From Pseudomonadota bacterium (GTDB lineage Bacteria > Myxococcota_A > Polyangia > Fen-1088): a stretch of DNA of 64,000 nucleotides. The notes beneath the pieces were generated by a model. It was not told where the DNA came from. It searched no databases and saw nothing but the letters and a program-made list of their open reading frames with translations. The stretch lies in the NCBI GenBank assembly GCA_023438785.1, contig JAEXQJ010000259.1, positions 4,816-68,815 of the forward strand. The letters run 5' to 3'. Numbering within the stretch: the first letter of the stretch is position 1; each line of letters starts with the position of its first letter. Shown piece after piece: positions 18,401 to 26,399 of this stretch. The position numbers and the translations under genes were made by a program.

Positions 18401-19395
18401 GGCCGAGCCGTCAGGTGCGCGCGGGCGCGCGTCCCGGGCTGCAGAGGCGTGCCCGCGCCTTGCACCGCCCCTCGCGCACTGATCTGCCCCTCGGGTGCGC
18501 TGGGCGAGAACCAGCGCGGATTCACCCCCTGCAGGTCGAGCTGCAGGTCGTAGGCGACCGGCTCGCTGCGCAGGTCCACGGTCCCGCGCGCGCGCAGCGA
18601 CGAGGACTGGGCAGGCACATCCATGTCCACGTGCACGGCCAGGCGGTCGCGCGGTCCCGCGGCGCGGACCCGCAGAATCACGCGCGCGCCGTCGGGGCCC
18701 GCCAGGGTGACGGGGGCCGTTTCGACATCGAGCGAATTCCGCGCAACCCGCGCCCGCCCGCGCAGGGCGAGCTGACAAGGCCGCCCGTTGACGCGCACCG
18801 CGGTTTGCAGCTCGGTGGTGCCCAGGTCGATCTCTCCGTCGCCCAGCGTCCCACTTGACGACAACCGCAGGTCCGCCACCTGGATGCGCCGCCCGCCGGC
18901 CAGGATCACGTCCGCGCGGCCCTCTCGGAGGGTGAATTCTTGCACGCGGATTCGGCCGCGCCGCTGCCCGGTTGGCCCCGCGGTCCCTGCCGTCCCCAGG
19001 TGCTGCAGGTTGAGCGATCCGTCGTCGAGCGGACGGATGACCACCGAGGGACGGACAACACTCAGCCGCACGATCTCCAGACGCCCGCGCAGGAGAGCCC
19101 CCAGGCGGTAGCGTCCCTGCACGCGCGCCACGTGCACGGCAGGCCGCCCCTGGGCATCGCGAATGGTCACGTCCTCCAGCCACAGCTCGTGCAGCACGTC
19201 GCCGCCCACCTGACCCACATGCAGGCCCGGCCAGCGGGCGCGGCCGCGCGACTCGATGATCTCCTTCAGGTGCGCGTGACCCGCGTCGGTGCGCAGGTAC
19301 AGCATCAGTCCCACGATGGCCAGCCCCACGACGACCAGCGCCCCGGCCATCACCAGCCCTGCCACCTTCACCGTACGCCACAACACGTGCAGCAC
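15481..19395 (-). CDS. tamB: Translocation and assembly module subunit TamB (DUF490 C-terminus)
   Basis: 1304 aa. N-terminal TM (VAGLVMAGALVVVGLAIVGL), long beta-helical body and DUF490-like C-terminus. GTG start. Immediately downstream of tamA. Confidence 0.85.
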   Translation of the reverse strand: MLHVLWRTVKVAGLVMAGALVVVGLAIVGLMLYLRTDAGHAHLKEIIESRGRARWPGLHVGQVGGDVLHELWLEDVTIRDAQGRPAVHVARVQGRYRLGALLRGRLEIVRLSVVRPSVVIRPLDDGSLNLQHLGTAGTAGPTGQRRGRIRVQEFTLREGRADVILAGGRRIQVADLRLSSSGTLGDGEIDLGTTELQTAVRVNGRPCQLALRGRARVARNSLDVETAPVTLAGPDGARVILRVRAAGPRDRLAVHVDMDVPAQSSSLRARGTVDLRSEPVAYDLQLDLQGVNPRWFSPSAPEGQISARGAVQGAGTPLQPGTRARAHLTARPFHLAGIRILELRLDAEALGTSWTIRQASLRGAGARITLRGRGVGRDVNAELQARAGAPEDGPHPDIRGHGVLRARLRGRFPSALDVNLAAVGSHLAVRQSHISALRLRGKLAGDLHRPRGRLTLVAQGMHLASGLPDFDRVFLDVVGDGRALDVSARAQGPQFRIRVAGRGRVEADEVVARVRELELLLRGRDLAEHLRLLEPATVRWASGRRLALEEVRVQGQGTYAGQLALDAVLTLGHVPRGHAKLLASNVQLPGVDRFSGQAQAVLGVGQGELHVNLDAGCTRLRLDAQVPLTRQSVPHLARRGPLAIRVASSAARLERLPLLARRLTAHGVEGGVVELLARVQGDVARPDVHIRASLHDLDLRLPGRRSRLHRLPRLQGLVALDSEPGGLRGRLQMITGDGASLQAEGRIGRPVGALLAGLQVQDAPVELNADLRRLDLASLSKLDDRLLDLGGMVAASARLRGTPHRPLGTIDAVLTAGRVDRLRLGPVRVHASLEPEGTRLLLEVAEIAGGQLHARAEMDQARRIRADVRAHRLHPGFARLFLPRLREADGLIEADVQASGPLHAPELRGTITWREGRVGLVGQPTFDDVRADVRLRPGRIDVETLHASSAGGTLDGEGFVLLEGLRPVQIALTVQARRFMVALATGGVSGLRLNGDFALDAALHESVLSGRLDVPRATLRLPSLDLGGRKLQPIGPRDDVHFVDEAAKAAAEEHKRAGGGPALRLDLQANAENVQVRGQNLDIDVVSNLHVGTAAGGSTVLAGTIEIRRGHIDVSGQRFDVDYGRVAFDGTTEPRLDIRVTHLFPEALVAVEVRGTPQKPELRLSSDPPTFDQAQIVSLILTGQAGGQPSADSAFDPKAAVASAVLGQIADKLAPRLGVDVLRVQSAPAPVEAAAAGTPGTRLEVGKYISSRVYLSYAHVFGASTEQNANEASVQYTISRGWILETIFGDAGVGSLDALWTYRY

Positions 19396-19418
19396 GACGT
19401 CTCATCGCCTCAGCGTGA

Positions 19419-21350
19419 CTAGAATGCCTCGCCCAATGTGAAGTGTATGGTCCAACGCTGACCCGGGTCCGGGTTGGCCGGTGCCTGGTTCGGGATGACC
19501 ACGCCCGACAGGCGGTTGAGGCGAATGCCTACGCCCACCCGCACAATGCCAATCACGGTTTGATAGTCGAGGTCCGCGCCGGTCGCGTAGTGCAGGTTGC
19601 CCATGTCGAGCTGATCGAAGTGCACCGTCACGTCGCCCGCGTCGAAGAAGGGCACGATGCCCAGCCAGTTTCCCGAGAGGCGAAACAGGTCCAGCCGCGC
19701 CTCGGCGGACAGCAGAACGGCCCCGTCGCCGCCCACGGGGATGAGGTTGCCGTCTTGATCCGCGATCTGGGGAGACAGCCGGCCGAAGTTGAAGCCGCGG
19801 TGGCTGGCCGGACCGCCCAGGTAGAACCGTCGCGTGACCGGACTGTTGGTGGCCGCGCCCGCGGGCCCCAGCGGACGCAGCCAGCCGACCATGCCCCGCG
19901 CGGCCAGCACGAGCCGCGGACCCAGCGGCGCGTAAAGGCGCAGATCGGGCGTGGCCTTGGTGTAGCGGAATTCACCGCCCACCGCGCGCGCCCCTTGTTC
20001 CAGCGACACCGCCGCGTAGCCGCCGTAGCTGGGCGAGAAGGGCTTGTCACGCAGGTCGAACTGCACGGTCTCCATGACGAAGGCCAGCCGGTACGGATTG
20101 GTGAAGCCGAAACCCAGCTCGGTGCGCGTCGGATCGAAGACCGCCTCGTTGATGTTGAAGAACTGCAGAAACTGCAGGTTCCACGAGGCGGCCAAGAGCA
20201 GGCGATCGCGCACGAAGAGGCGTTGGGCTCCGATTTGGCCGCGCGGGCCGTAAGCCTGGTAGCCCTCGGTGAGGAGCAACTGGAAGCCCGCCAGCCCTTG
20301 CAGCGTCATGGCTGTACCCAGGGCATCCGGTTGGGTCAATTGTACGTCCGCGTCCAGCGCGGGGCCCTTCCGTTGTGGGTTGATGACGGTGGGCACGACC
20401 ACGTAGGCCGGGCGGAGGCGCACCTGCAAGCGGCGCAGCCCACCCAGAAAATCGCTCAAGGTCCACACGGCGCGCAGGCGCACCTCCTGTCGCTCGCGGT
20501 CAAGTGCCACGCCGCCGCCGAGCCGCAGTTCGTGCAGGCGACCGAGCTGAGTCTGAATGTTCACGTCGGCCACCGGCGTGGGCTGGGCCGGCAGGGTTAG
20601 GCGCACCGACGAGAAGACGCCCGTGTCGTAGAAGTGCCCTTGGGTGATAGCCAAATCATCCGGGTCGTAGCGATCGCCTGGTTTCCAGCTCACCCGCCGC
20701 TGCAGTTTCCAGGTGGGGACGCCGGGGCTGCCCTGAATGATGGCGCGGCCGAAATGCACCAACGGGCCTGGCCGGGCGCGCAGAAAGACCTGGGCCGTTC
20801 GGCGATCGCGGTCCACGTCGATGTGCGCGTCCAGTCGGGCGTAGGCAAATCCGTTCTGGCGCAAGATGTTCTGCGCCTCGGCCTTGAGCTCCGTGTATCG
20901 TCCGTAGTCGACGCGCTTGCCGGGCAGGATCTTGAGCGACCTGGCCCGGCGCTCGACGGCCTCCCGCTGGCGCGCATCGGGAAAGCCGTCCAGGTGCAGC
21001 GCCTCGATGAGGGTGGGCTGGCCCTCCGCGACGGTGACGCTCACCTCCACGGACCCATCACCGCGCTGGCGAACCCTCTGGCCCGTGACCCGCGCCTGGT
21101 AGTAGCCGCGCTCCGCGTAGAAGGCGGGAATGCGCTGCAGGTCCAACTCGAATGCGGCTGAGTCGAATGGCTGAGGCTCGGCCAGGGGCCACCAACCCGT
21201 GGGCTGCGTGGCCAGCCCGTGGCGCAACTGGCGGTCCGAGAAGGCGTGGTTGCCCTCGATGTGGAAGGAACGGACCCAGGTGGTCGGTAAGGGCTCGTGC
21301 GCGCACCCGCCCGACATCGCCAGGCAGAGCACGGCCACTCCCGGTCTCAC
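19419..21350 (-). CDS. tamA: Omp85-family outer membrane protein TamA (3 POTRA domains plus beta-barrel, C-terminal Phe)
   Basis: ORF 19419..21884. The N-terminal 178 codons are Arg-rich with low GC3, so the start was placed at GTG 21350 (VRPGVAVLCLAMSGGCA signal). POTRA-like repeats and a terminal ...HFTLGEAF are present. The start is uncertain (21350-21884). Confidence 0.8.
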   Translation of the reverse strand: MRPGVAVLCLAMSGGCAHEPLPTTWVRSFHIEGNHAFSDRQLRHGLATQPTGWWPLAEPQPFDSAAFELDLQRIPAFYAERGYYQARVTGQRVRQRGDGSVEVSVTVAEGQPTLIEALHLDGFPDARQREAVERRARSLKILPGKRVDYGRYTELKAEAQNILRQNGFAYARLDAHIDVDRDRRTAQVFLRARPGPLVHFGRAIIQGSPGVPTWKLQRRVSWKPGDRYDPDDLAITQGHFYDTGVFSSVRLTLPAQPTPVADVNIQTQLGRLHELRLGGGVALDRERQEVRLRAVWTLSDFLGGLRRLQVRLRPAYVVVPTVINPQRKGPALDADVQLTQPDALGTAMTLQGLAGFQLLLTEGYQAYGPRGQIGAQRLFVRDRLLLAASWNLQFLQFFNINEAVFDPTRTELGFGFTNPYRLAFVMETVQFDLRDKPFSPSYGGYAAVSLEQGARAVGGEFRYTKATPDLRLYAPLGPRLVLAARGMVGWLRPLGPAGAATNSPVTRRFYLGGPASHRGFNFGRLSPQIADQDGNLIPVGGDGAVLLSAEARLDLFRLSGNWLGIVPFFDAGDVTVHFDQLDMGNLHYATGADLDYQTVIGIVRVGVGIRLNRLSGVVIPNQAPANPDPGQRWTIHFTLGEAF

Positions 21351-22364
21351 GTGGCGCCCGACTGGCGCCCGTGGCAGGAATTTATCGAGAGGGCGCGCGG
21401 CCGGTGCGCGCGCGAAGGTGCGGGCCGGCGCGGCAAGGGAGCCCTGGGCCCCTTCGCCCAAGGCGCGTGCCCGTGCCCGGGGGCGAAAGAGGGTCATGGC
21501 AACCAGAGCAGAGCAGTTCAGGGCAGCCCAAGAGCGAACCGGTCGAGCGAGACTGCCCAACGGCGGGCACGAATCCGCAGGCAGGCGGGCGGCACGGGCC
21601 GGGCGCACCAAGGATCGTATCCCCAACCAGGCCTCGCACAACGAGGCCACGAGCGCCGGGCGCAAGAGCTCATACGAATTCGAGATCGCGCAGGGAGCGC
21701 GGCCCTCGCGCAAGTCCACACGCAAGAGCAACAACCGCCAGAAGACCGACGGCGGGCTGCGCATGACCGCCGTGAACCGCAGCAGCATGGCCAGCGCCCG
21801 CGCCCAGCGCCGGGGAGGCAATCGCGTCTGAACGGAACGGACCCGCTCCCTCTGCGGCTCGGTTTGGAAAGCGGGCCTGGGCATGGCGAGGAGAGCGGCC
21901 CATCACGCGAACGCTGGACCAGCGACCTCCCCCCAGAGGTGCCTCATCACTCGCCATGCCCCGCCCTAAAAACTGATCCGTGGCTGCCTCCGCTCACCCT
22001 TCTCCACTGTCGGTGATTTCAAAAGCGAGGCCGTTCCTCCAACCCAGTGGTCTCCGCCGAACCCCCCGGCCTATCTTCATGGTCTCCGACTGTCCATTCC
22101 CCGTCCACACGGTGCAGTCACGAATCGCCCTTAGGACATCTCAATTCTCGTGCCGGCCGCGGGCTCTCGTCCGGGCGGCGCCAAACGCGCGGAATCACAG
22201 GCGGCGTCTGCGTGGGGCCGTAACAGAGTGGCAACAGATGGCACCGGATGGAAACACGACGCGCACTTCCGTCGCGGGGACGCAGCGGGCCGGCAGATCT
22301 TTCGCTTGAGAGCGGGCAGGCGTGTGCTAGAGATTGCCGCCTCGCTCAGCCAGGAGGGTTGGAG

Positions 22365-22568
22365 ATGATCTCGTGCAGGTCGTGCGGAGCAGGACAGGTA
22401 AACGGGACGCGCGAAGACGTTGTGCGCATGCGGGTGACGCGTATCAAGTACGCCGGCCCCCAGGTGCAGCGCACCTATCTGTGCGAGGTGTGCGGGGCAA
22501 CTGAGGTCATTACGGGCCGCCTCAGATTCCCGAAGACATCTTCGCGCCGGTCGCGGGTGGAGAATTGA
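22365..22568 (+). CDS. Small zinc-ribbon protein (two CxxC pairs)
   Basis: Internal ATG of ORF 22248..22568 with strong AGGAGGG 7 nt upstream. MISCRSCGAG...YLCEVCGATE. 67 aa. Confidence 0.5.
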   Translation: MISCRSCGAGQVNGTREDVVRMRVTRIKYAGPQVQRTYLCEVCGATEVITGRLRFPKTSSRRSRVEN

Positions 22569-22611
22569 CGAGAGGGGAAGCGAGTCGCCCAGGCGTGACC
22601 GGCTGACCCGC

Positions 22612-23067
22612 TCAGTGCCGGCCGCGCACCGGGACCACGAGCACGGGGCAGCGCGAGCGGTGGAGCACGCGTTCGGCCACGCTGCCCAACACGGCGTGGG
22701 CCAAGCCGCCGTGGCCGTGCGTGCCCATCACGATGATGTCAGCACCCACGGCCTGCGCACGGTTGACGATCTCCACGTGCGGGGTGCCCTCCAGCAACTG
22801 GGTCTCACACGGCACACCCGTGGCGTCGATCCTCTCCTTCTCCGCGTCGAGGCGCTCTTGCACACGGGCGTTCAACTCGGGGATGAGAGCGGGGAAGGTC
22901 GCCGTCTCGAACGGCGGCGGTAGAAGCACCACCGTCGCTGTCACGTAGAGCAACTCGATCCTGGCGTTGAAGGCCTGCGCGATGCTGACCGCCGTGCGCT
23001 CGGCTTCCGCGGCCGCGTCGGAGAAGTCGGTGGGCACCAGGATCTTGTGGATACGCTTGACATCCAT
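22612..23067 (-). CDS. Universal stress protein (UspA family)
   Basis: KILVPTDFSDAA...DIIVMGTHGHGGL...GSVAERVLHRSRCPVLVVP. Confidence 0.85.
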   Translation of the reverse strand: MDVKRIHKILVPTDFSDAAAEAERTAVSIAQAFNARIELLYVTATVVLLPPPFETATFPALIPELNARVQERLDAEKERIDATGVPCETQLLEGTPHVEIVNRAQAVGADIIVMGTHGHGGLAHAVLGSVAERVLHRSRCPVLVVPVRGRH

Positions 23068-23171
23068 TCCGCCCGTCCTTCAAGAAAGCTTGGGCCCCAT
23101 CGGTGCGCATCTCAAGTGACCGTGTGCGCTGCCCGTGTGCCCCCTTGGCCCCGACGCGCTATGGTCGCGCT

Positions 23172-23903
23172 ATGCCAACGGTTCCCCACACCGAGGAGCG
23201 TCTTTCGTCCCCGGCGCCCCACGCCGAGAAGCACTTCACCGCCAGCGAGGCCGTGCGCGACGTGGTCATCGGCATGTCCGACGGTCTGACCGTACCGTTC
23301 GCCTTGGCCGCTGGTCTGTCGGGCGCCGCCGCCGCCAATCAAATCGTCATCACGGCGGGCTTGGCTGAACTGGCGGCCGGCGCCATCGCCATGGGGCTGG
23401 GCGGTTACTTGGCCGCGCGCTCAGACCGCGAGCACTTCGAAACCGAACTGGCTCGTGAGCGCGCCGAAACCGAGGCCATTCCCGCCAAGGAGCGCGAGGA
23501 GGTGGCGCAAATCCTGATCGAGTACGGCGTCCCCCACGACAAGGTCCCCGTCATCGTGGACGCCATCAGCGCGGACCGCGATCGTTGGATCGAGTTCATG
23601 ATGCGCTTCGAGCTGGGACTGGAGCGACCGGATCCCCGTCGAGCCCTGCGCAGCGCCCTGACCATCGGTCTATCATACGTGTTCGGAGGGCTCATTCCCT
23701 TGGCACCCTACATGCTCACGGAAACGGTCAGCACGGGACTGGGCATCTCGGCGGGCTTCACCGCGGCGGCGCTGCTGGTGTTTGGCATCGTGAAGGGGCG
23801 CATGACGGGCAGCACGCATCCGCTGCGCAACGGTCTACAGACTCTGGCCATCGGCGGCCTGGCGGCGAGCGCGGCCTTCATCATCGCGCGCCTCATCGGC
23901 TGA
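23172..23903 (+). CDS. VIT1/CCC1-family iron/manganese transporter
   Basis: Internal ATG at 23172 (MPTVPHTEE). VIGMSDGLTVPFALAAGLSGA and a C-terminal TM bundle are present. Confidence 0.8.
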   Translation: MPTVPHTEERLSSPAPHAEKHFTASEAVRDVVIGMSDGLTVPFALAAGLSGAAAANQIVITAGLAELAAGAIAMGLGGYLAARSDREHFETELARERAETEAIPAKEREEVAQILIEYGVPHDKVPVIVDAISADRDRWIEFMMRFELGLERPDPRRALRSALTIGLSYVFGGLIPLAPYMLTETVSTGLGISAGFTAAALLVFGIVKGRMTGSTHPLRNGLQTLAIGGLAASAAFIIARLIG

Positions 23904-23905
23904 CC

Positions 23906-24982
23906 ATGAAGCGACCCGCGGTTCTCGGTGTCATTCACCTCCTCGTCGATGCGGCCTGCGTGACCGCGGTCCTGCGCGGCTCGCACGCCCAGGGCGCGGG
24001 GGGACTGGACGCCTTCCGCATGGTGGTGGGCTACGACCTGTGCGCCTTCGCTCTGCAGTTTCCACTGGGGGTGCTCGTGGATCGGCTGCGCGCGACCCGG
24101 GGAGCGGCGGTGCTGGGCGTGTTGCTGGCCGCGCTGGTCGTGTCGCCGCTGCATCTGCCCGGAGCACTGATTATGCTGGCGGCGGGCGTAGGCAACGCCC
24201 TTTATCACTTGGGCGCGGGCGGGGAGGTGTTGCAGGGCTCGGCGGGACGAGCCGCGCCGGCCGGCGTCTTCGTGGCCCCGGGCGCGCTTGGCCTCGGCCT
24301 GGGGATGTGGATGGGGCGCACCGGGATTGGCCCCGTGTGGCCCTTCTACACGGGTTTGGCCCTGGCCTTCGTCGTGTTGCTTACGCTCTCGCGTCCCATC
24401 TCCGTCGAGATTCGCCCCGAAGCCCGCGTGCGTTTGGGCGTGGCCAGTCTGGTGGGACTGGGCGTGATGCTGTTGCTCCTGCTGTCGGTCACCGTGCGTT
24501 CCTTCGTGGGCCTGAGCGGCTGTCAGGGCTGCCCGCGTGAGCTGCTGGTGACGCTGGGACTTCCCCTAGTTGGTTGCCTGGGCAAGCTGGTGGGCGGCTT
24601 CGTGGCCGACCGCGTGGGTTGGATTCTGACCAGCGTGGTCGCGCTGCTGGTGTCCACGCCGCTCCTGGCCTTGGCCGAGGGGAGTCCCGCGCTCGCCTTG
24701 CCTGGGCTTCTGCTCTTTCAGATGACCATGCCGGTCACGCTCACCGCCGTGTACCTCATGCTGCCGCGCCATCCCGCCACCGCCTTCGGGCTGCCCTGCG
24801 TGGCGCTCGTCGCGGGCGCCCTGCTCACCTTCCATCCGCAGACCGCGGGCATGTTCGGACCCCGCACCTTCTTCGCACTCATCCCGCTGTCCGCCGTGGC
24901 CGTGCTGGTGGCCCTGCGGCGGCTGCAGCATTCAGTCGGCTCGACGACGGCGAAGCCGGCGCAACACGAACAGCGGGCTTGA
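23906..24982 (+). CDS. Polytopic membrane protein (about 10-12 TM), possibly MFS-like
   Basis: Internal ATG at 23906, 2 nt after the VIT stop. Two DR-x-G-like loops (VDRLRATRG and FVADRVGW) suggest two-fold MFS symmetry. Confidence 0.55.
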   Translation: MKRPAVLGVIHLLVDAACVTAVLRGSHAQGAGGLDAFRMVVGYDLCAFALQFPLGVLVDRLRATRGAAVLGVLLAALVVSPLHLPGALIMLAAGVGNALYHLGAGGEVLQGSAGRAAPAGVFVAPGALGLGLGMWMGRTGIGPVWPFYTGLALAFVVLLTLSRPISVEIRPEARVRLGVASLVGLGVMLLLLLSVTVRSFVGLSGCQGCPRELLVTLGLPLVGCLGKLVGGFVADRVGWILTSVVALLVSTPLLALAEGSPALALPGLLLFQMTMPVTLTAVYLMLPRHPATAFGLPCVALVAGALLTFHPQTAGMFGPRTFFALIPLSAVAVLVALRRLQHSVGSTTAKPAQHEQRA

Positions 24983-24984
24983 TT

Positions 24985-25311
24985 TCACGGCACGCCGAAT
25001 AGATGACGGGACAGCATGCCCAACCCGAAGCTGGCCGCGTTGGCGGCCAGTGAGCCCACGAGGGCCCAGCCCCTGCCGAACACGAAGCGGAAGTAGGCGG
25101 CCTCGGCCAGCCAGGCGAAGAGCTCCGCCGCCACGACCTTGCCCCAGTACCCGCCTGGCACCGCGGGGTGGAAGAACACGAACCACACCAGGGGATGGGT
25201 GATGGCGCTGGCCCCGAACGCGGCCCACACGGAGGCCCGCAGCACGCGCCGGTAGACCGGGATCTCGATGAGCTGGGTGAAGACGAAGGCGGTCAGCCAG
25301 GGGCGAAGCAC
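24985..25311 (-). CDS. Small (108 aa) integral membrane protein, unknown function
   Basis: GTG start. GC3 is about 94%, a strong coding signal. Three hydrophobic helices. It lies 10 nt downstream of the MYXO-CTERM gene pair on the same strand. Confidence 0.55.
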   Translation of the reverse strand: MLRPWLTAFVFTQLIEIPVYRRVLRASVWAAFGASAITHPLVWFVFFHPAVPGGYWGKVVAAELFAWLAEAAYFRFVFGRGWALVGSLAANAASFGLGMLSRHLFGVP

Positions 25312-25320
25312 GGGGCGGAA

Positions 25321-25725
25321 CTACTTGCCACGACGGCGTCGGATGAGCATCACGGCCGCGCCAAAGAGGCCAGCCAACAACCACGGTCCCAGGCTGCGTG
25401 CCGCGCTTCCACCCACGCTGCAGCCGCTATCATCATCTTTCGTGTCCGTCGTGGTCGTTCCCGTTCCCGTTACCGTTCCCGTGGCCGTTGGCTGGGCGAT
25501 GCAGACGAGGCAGTCGTACGGCACGCTGGGGGGCATGGGCGAGGCGTCCTGGTCCCAGTTGGTGTAGTCGCGGCGATAACACGTCTCGACCACGCAGGTG
25601 CCGCCGGTGCAGGGATCACCCGCCTTGCGCGACTGGCATTCCGAGGTGTCAGGCGGCGCCACGTCGGCCCACGCCGCGCTGGCGACCAGGACGAGGCATG
25701 CGCCCAGTGCGACCGGGGCCTTCAT
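25321..25725 (-). CDS. Small secreted Cys-rich protein with MYXO-CTERM sorting signal (paralog B)
   Basis: ATG at 25725 with GGGGAGG upstream. Signal peptide MKAPVALGACLVLVASAAWA, a 6-Cys domain, T/G linker, then DDDSGCSVGGSAARSLGPWLLAGLFGAAVMLIRRRRGK. Confidence 0.75.
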   Translation of the reverse strand: MKAPVALGACLVLVASAAWADVAPPDTSECQSRKAGDPCTGGTCVVETCYRRDYTNWDQDASPMPPSVPYDCLVCIAQPTATGTVTGTGTTTTDTKDDDSGCSVGGSAARSLGPWLLAGLFGAAVMLIRRRRGK

Positions 25726-25727
25726 GT

Positions 25728-26315
25728 CTACTTGCCTCCCCGACGACGGAGCAGCGTGACGGCGGCGCCGAAGAGGCCAGCCAACAACCACGGTCCCAGG
25801 CTGCGCGCCGCGTTTCCACCCACGCTGCAGCCGCTGTCGTCCTTTCCGGTGTCCGTTCCCGTGCCCGTCGCGGTCGCAGTGGCCGCGAGGCCGCTGCTCG
25901 TGGCGGTGCCCACGTCGGTGACACTGCTGCTGGCGGAGGTCGCCGAGGTGGTTTCGGTGGCCGAGGCCACGGGGCTGGTGTTTGTGGCGACAGAGGTGGC
26001 GGAGGTGGCGGTCTCCGTGCCCGTGGCCGTGACAATCGTGCCGCTGCCCGTATCGGTGGCCGTGCTGGTGCTCACGACGGCGGTGGTTGAGCACTTGACG
26101 CAGTCGTATGCCACGCTGGGCGGGCCGGCCGAGGCGTCTCGGTCCCAGTTGGCGTAGTCGGCGCGGCTGCATGTACTGGCCACGCAAACCCCGCCCGTGC
26201 ACGCGTCTCCGACCTGCCGATTCTGGCATTCGGCCACCTCTGGCGGAATGACGTCCGCGTGGGCCCGCCCCGCCGCTGAAAGGAGAACCAAGACCATCAA
26301 ACCGGTGCGCTTCAT
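25728..26315 (-). CDS. Small secreted Cys-rich protein with MYXO-CTERM sorting signal (paralog A)
   Basis: ATG at 26315 with GGAGGG upstream. Signal MKRTGLMVLVLLSAAGRAHA, the same 6-Cys domain (ECQNRQVGDACTGGVCVASTCSRADYANWDRDAS...YDCVKC), an S/T linker and a GCSVGG...RRRGGK tail. Confidence 0.8.
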   Translation of the reverse strand: MKRTGLMVLVLLSAAGRAHADVIPPEVAECQNRQVGDACTGGVCVASTCSRADYANWDRDASAGPPSVAYDCVKCSTTAVVSTSTATDTGSGTIVTATGTETATSATSVATNTSPVASATETTSATSASSSVTDVGTATSSGLAATATATGTGTDTGKDDSGCSVGGNAARSLGPWLLAGLFGAAVTLLRRRGGK

Positions 26316-26399
26316 TTTGCCCTCCGAAGCAAGGATCGTCGTCCGGGCGCACGCTGTCAACGCGGGCGGCCCTCCTCTCGCATGTCGGTGTGATGCCCG

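Larger units (their letters stand above)
25321..26315. repeat. Tandem duplicated gene pair with a nearly identical block of about 75 nt in the 3' (MYXO-CTERM-encoding) ends
   Basis: gccagccaacaaccacggtcccaggctgcg and ccacccacgctgcagccgct occur at about 25355-25430 and 25770-25845. The 5' halves have diverged. Confidence 0.5.

Noticed and set aside
15595-19422. Many plus-strand ORFs (for example 15595-16305, 16082-16819, 16883-17722, 18940-19422) inside tamB
   Set aside because: They are antisense or out-of-frame artefacts. tamB has a continuous 1304-codon frame with the expected TM and DUF490 features.
21496-21831. 111-codon very basic ORF (MATRAEQF...QRRGGNRV) with AAGAGGG upstream
   Set aside because: GC3 is only about 78% versus above 90% in bona fide genes here, and the sequence is low-complexity. 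It is kept only as a finding for the region, not as a feature.
22239-22254. TGGCAC-N5-GGAAA resembling a sigma-54 -24/-12 element upstream of the zinc-ribbon gene
   Set aside because: The -12 element is GGAA rather than TTGC, so only the -24 half matches. Not supportable without TSS data.
24932-25384. 150-aa minus-strand ORF overlapping the 108-aa membrane protein and the 3' end of MYXO-CTERM gene B
   Set aside because: The frame overlaps a confidently placed gene end. The alternative 24985-25311 frame has GC3 of about 94% and coherent TM helices.
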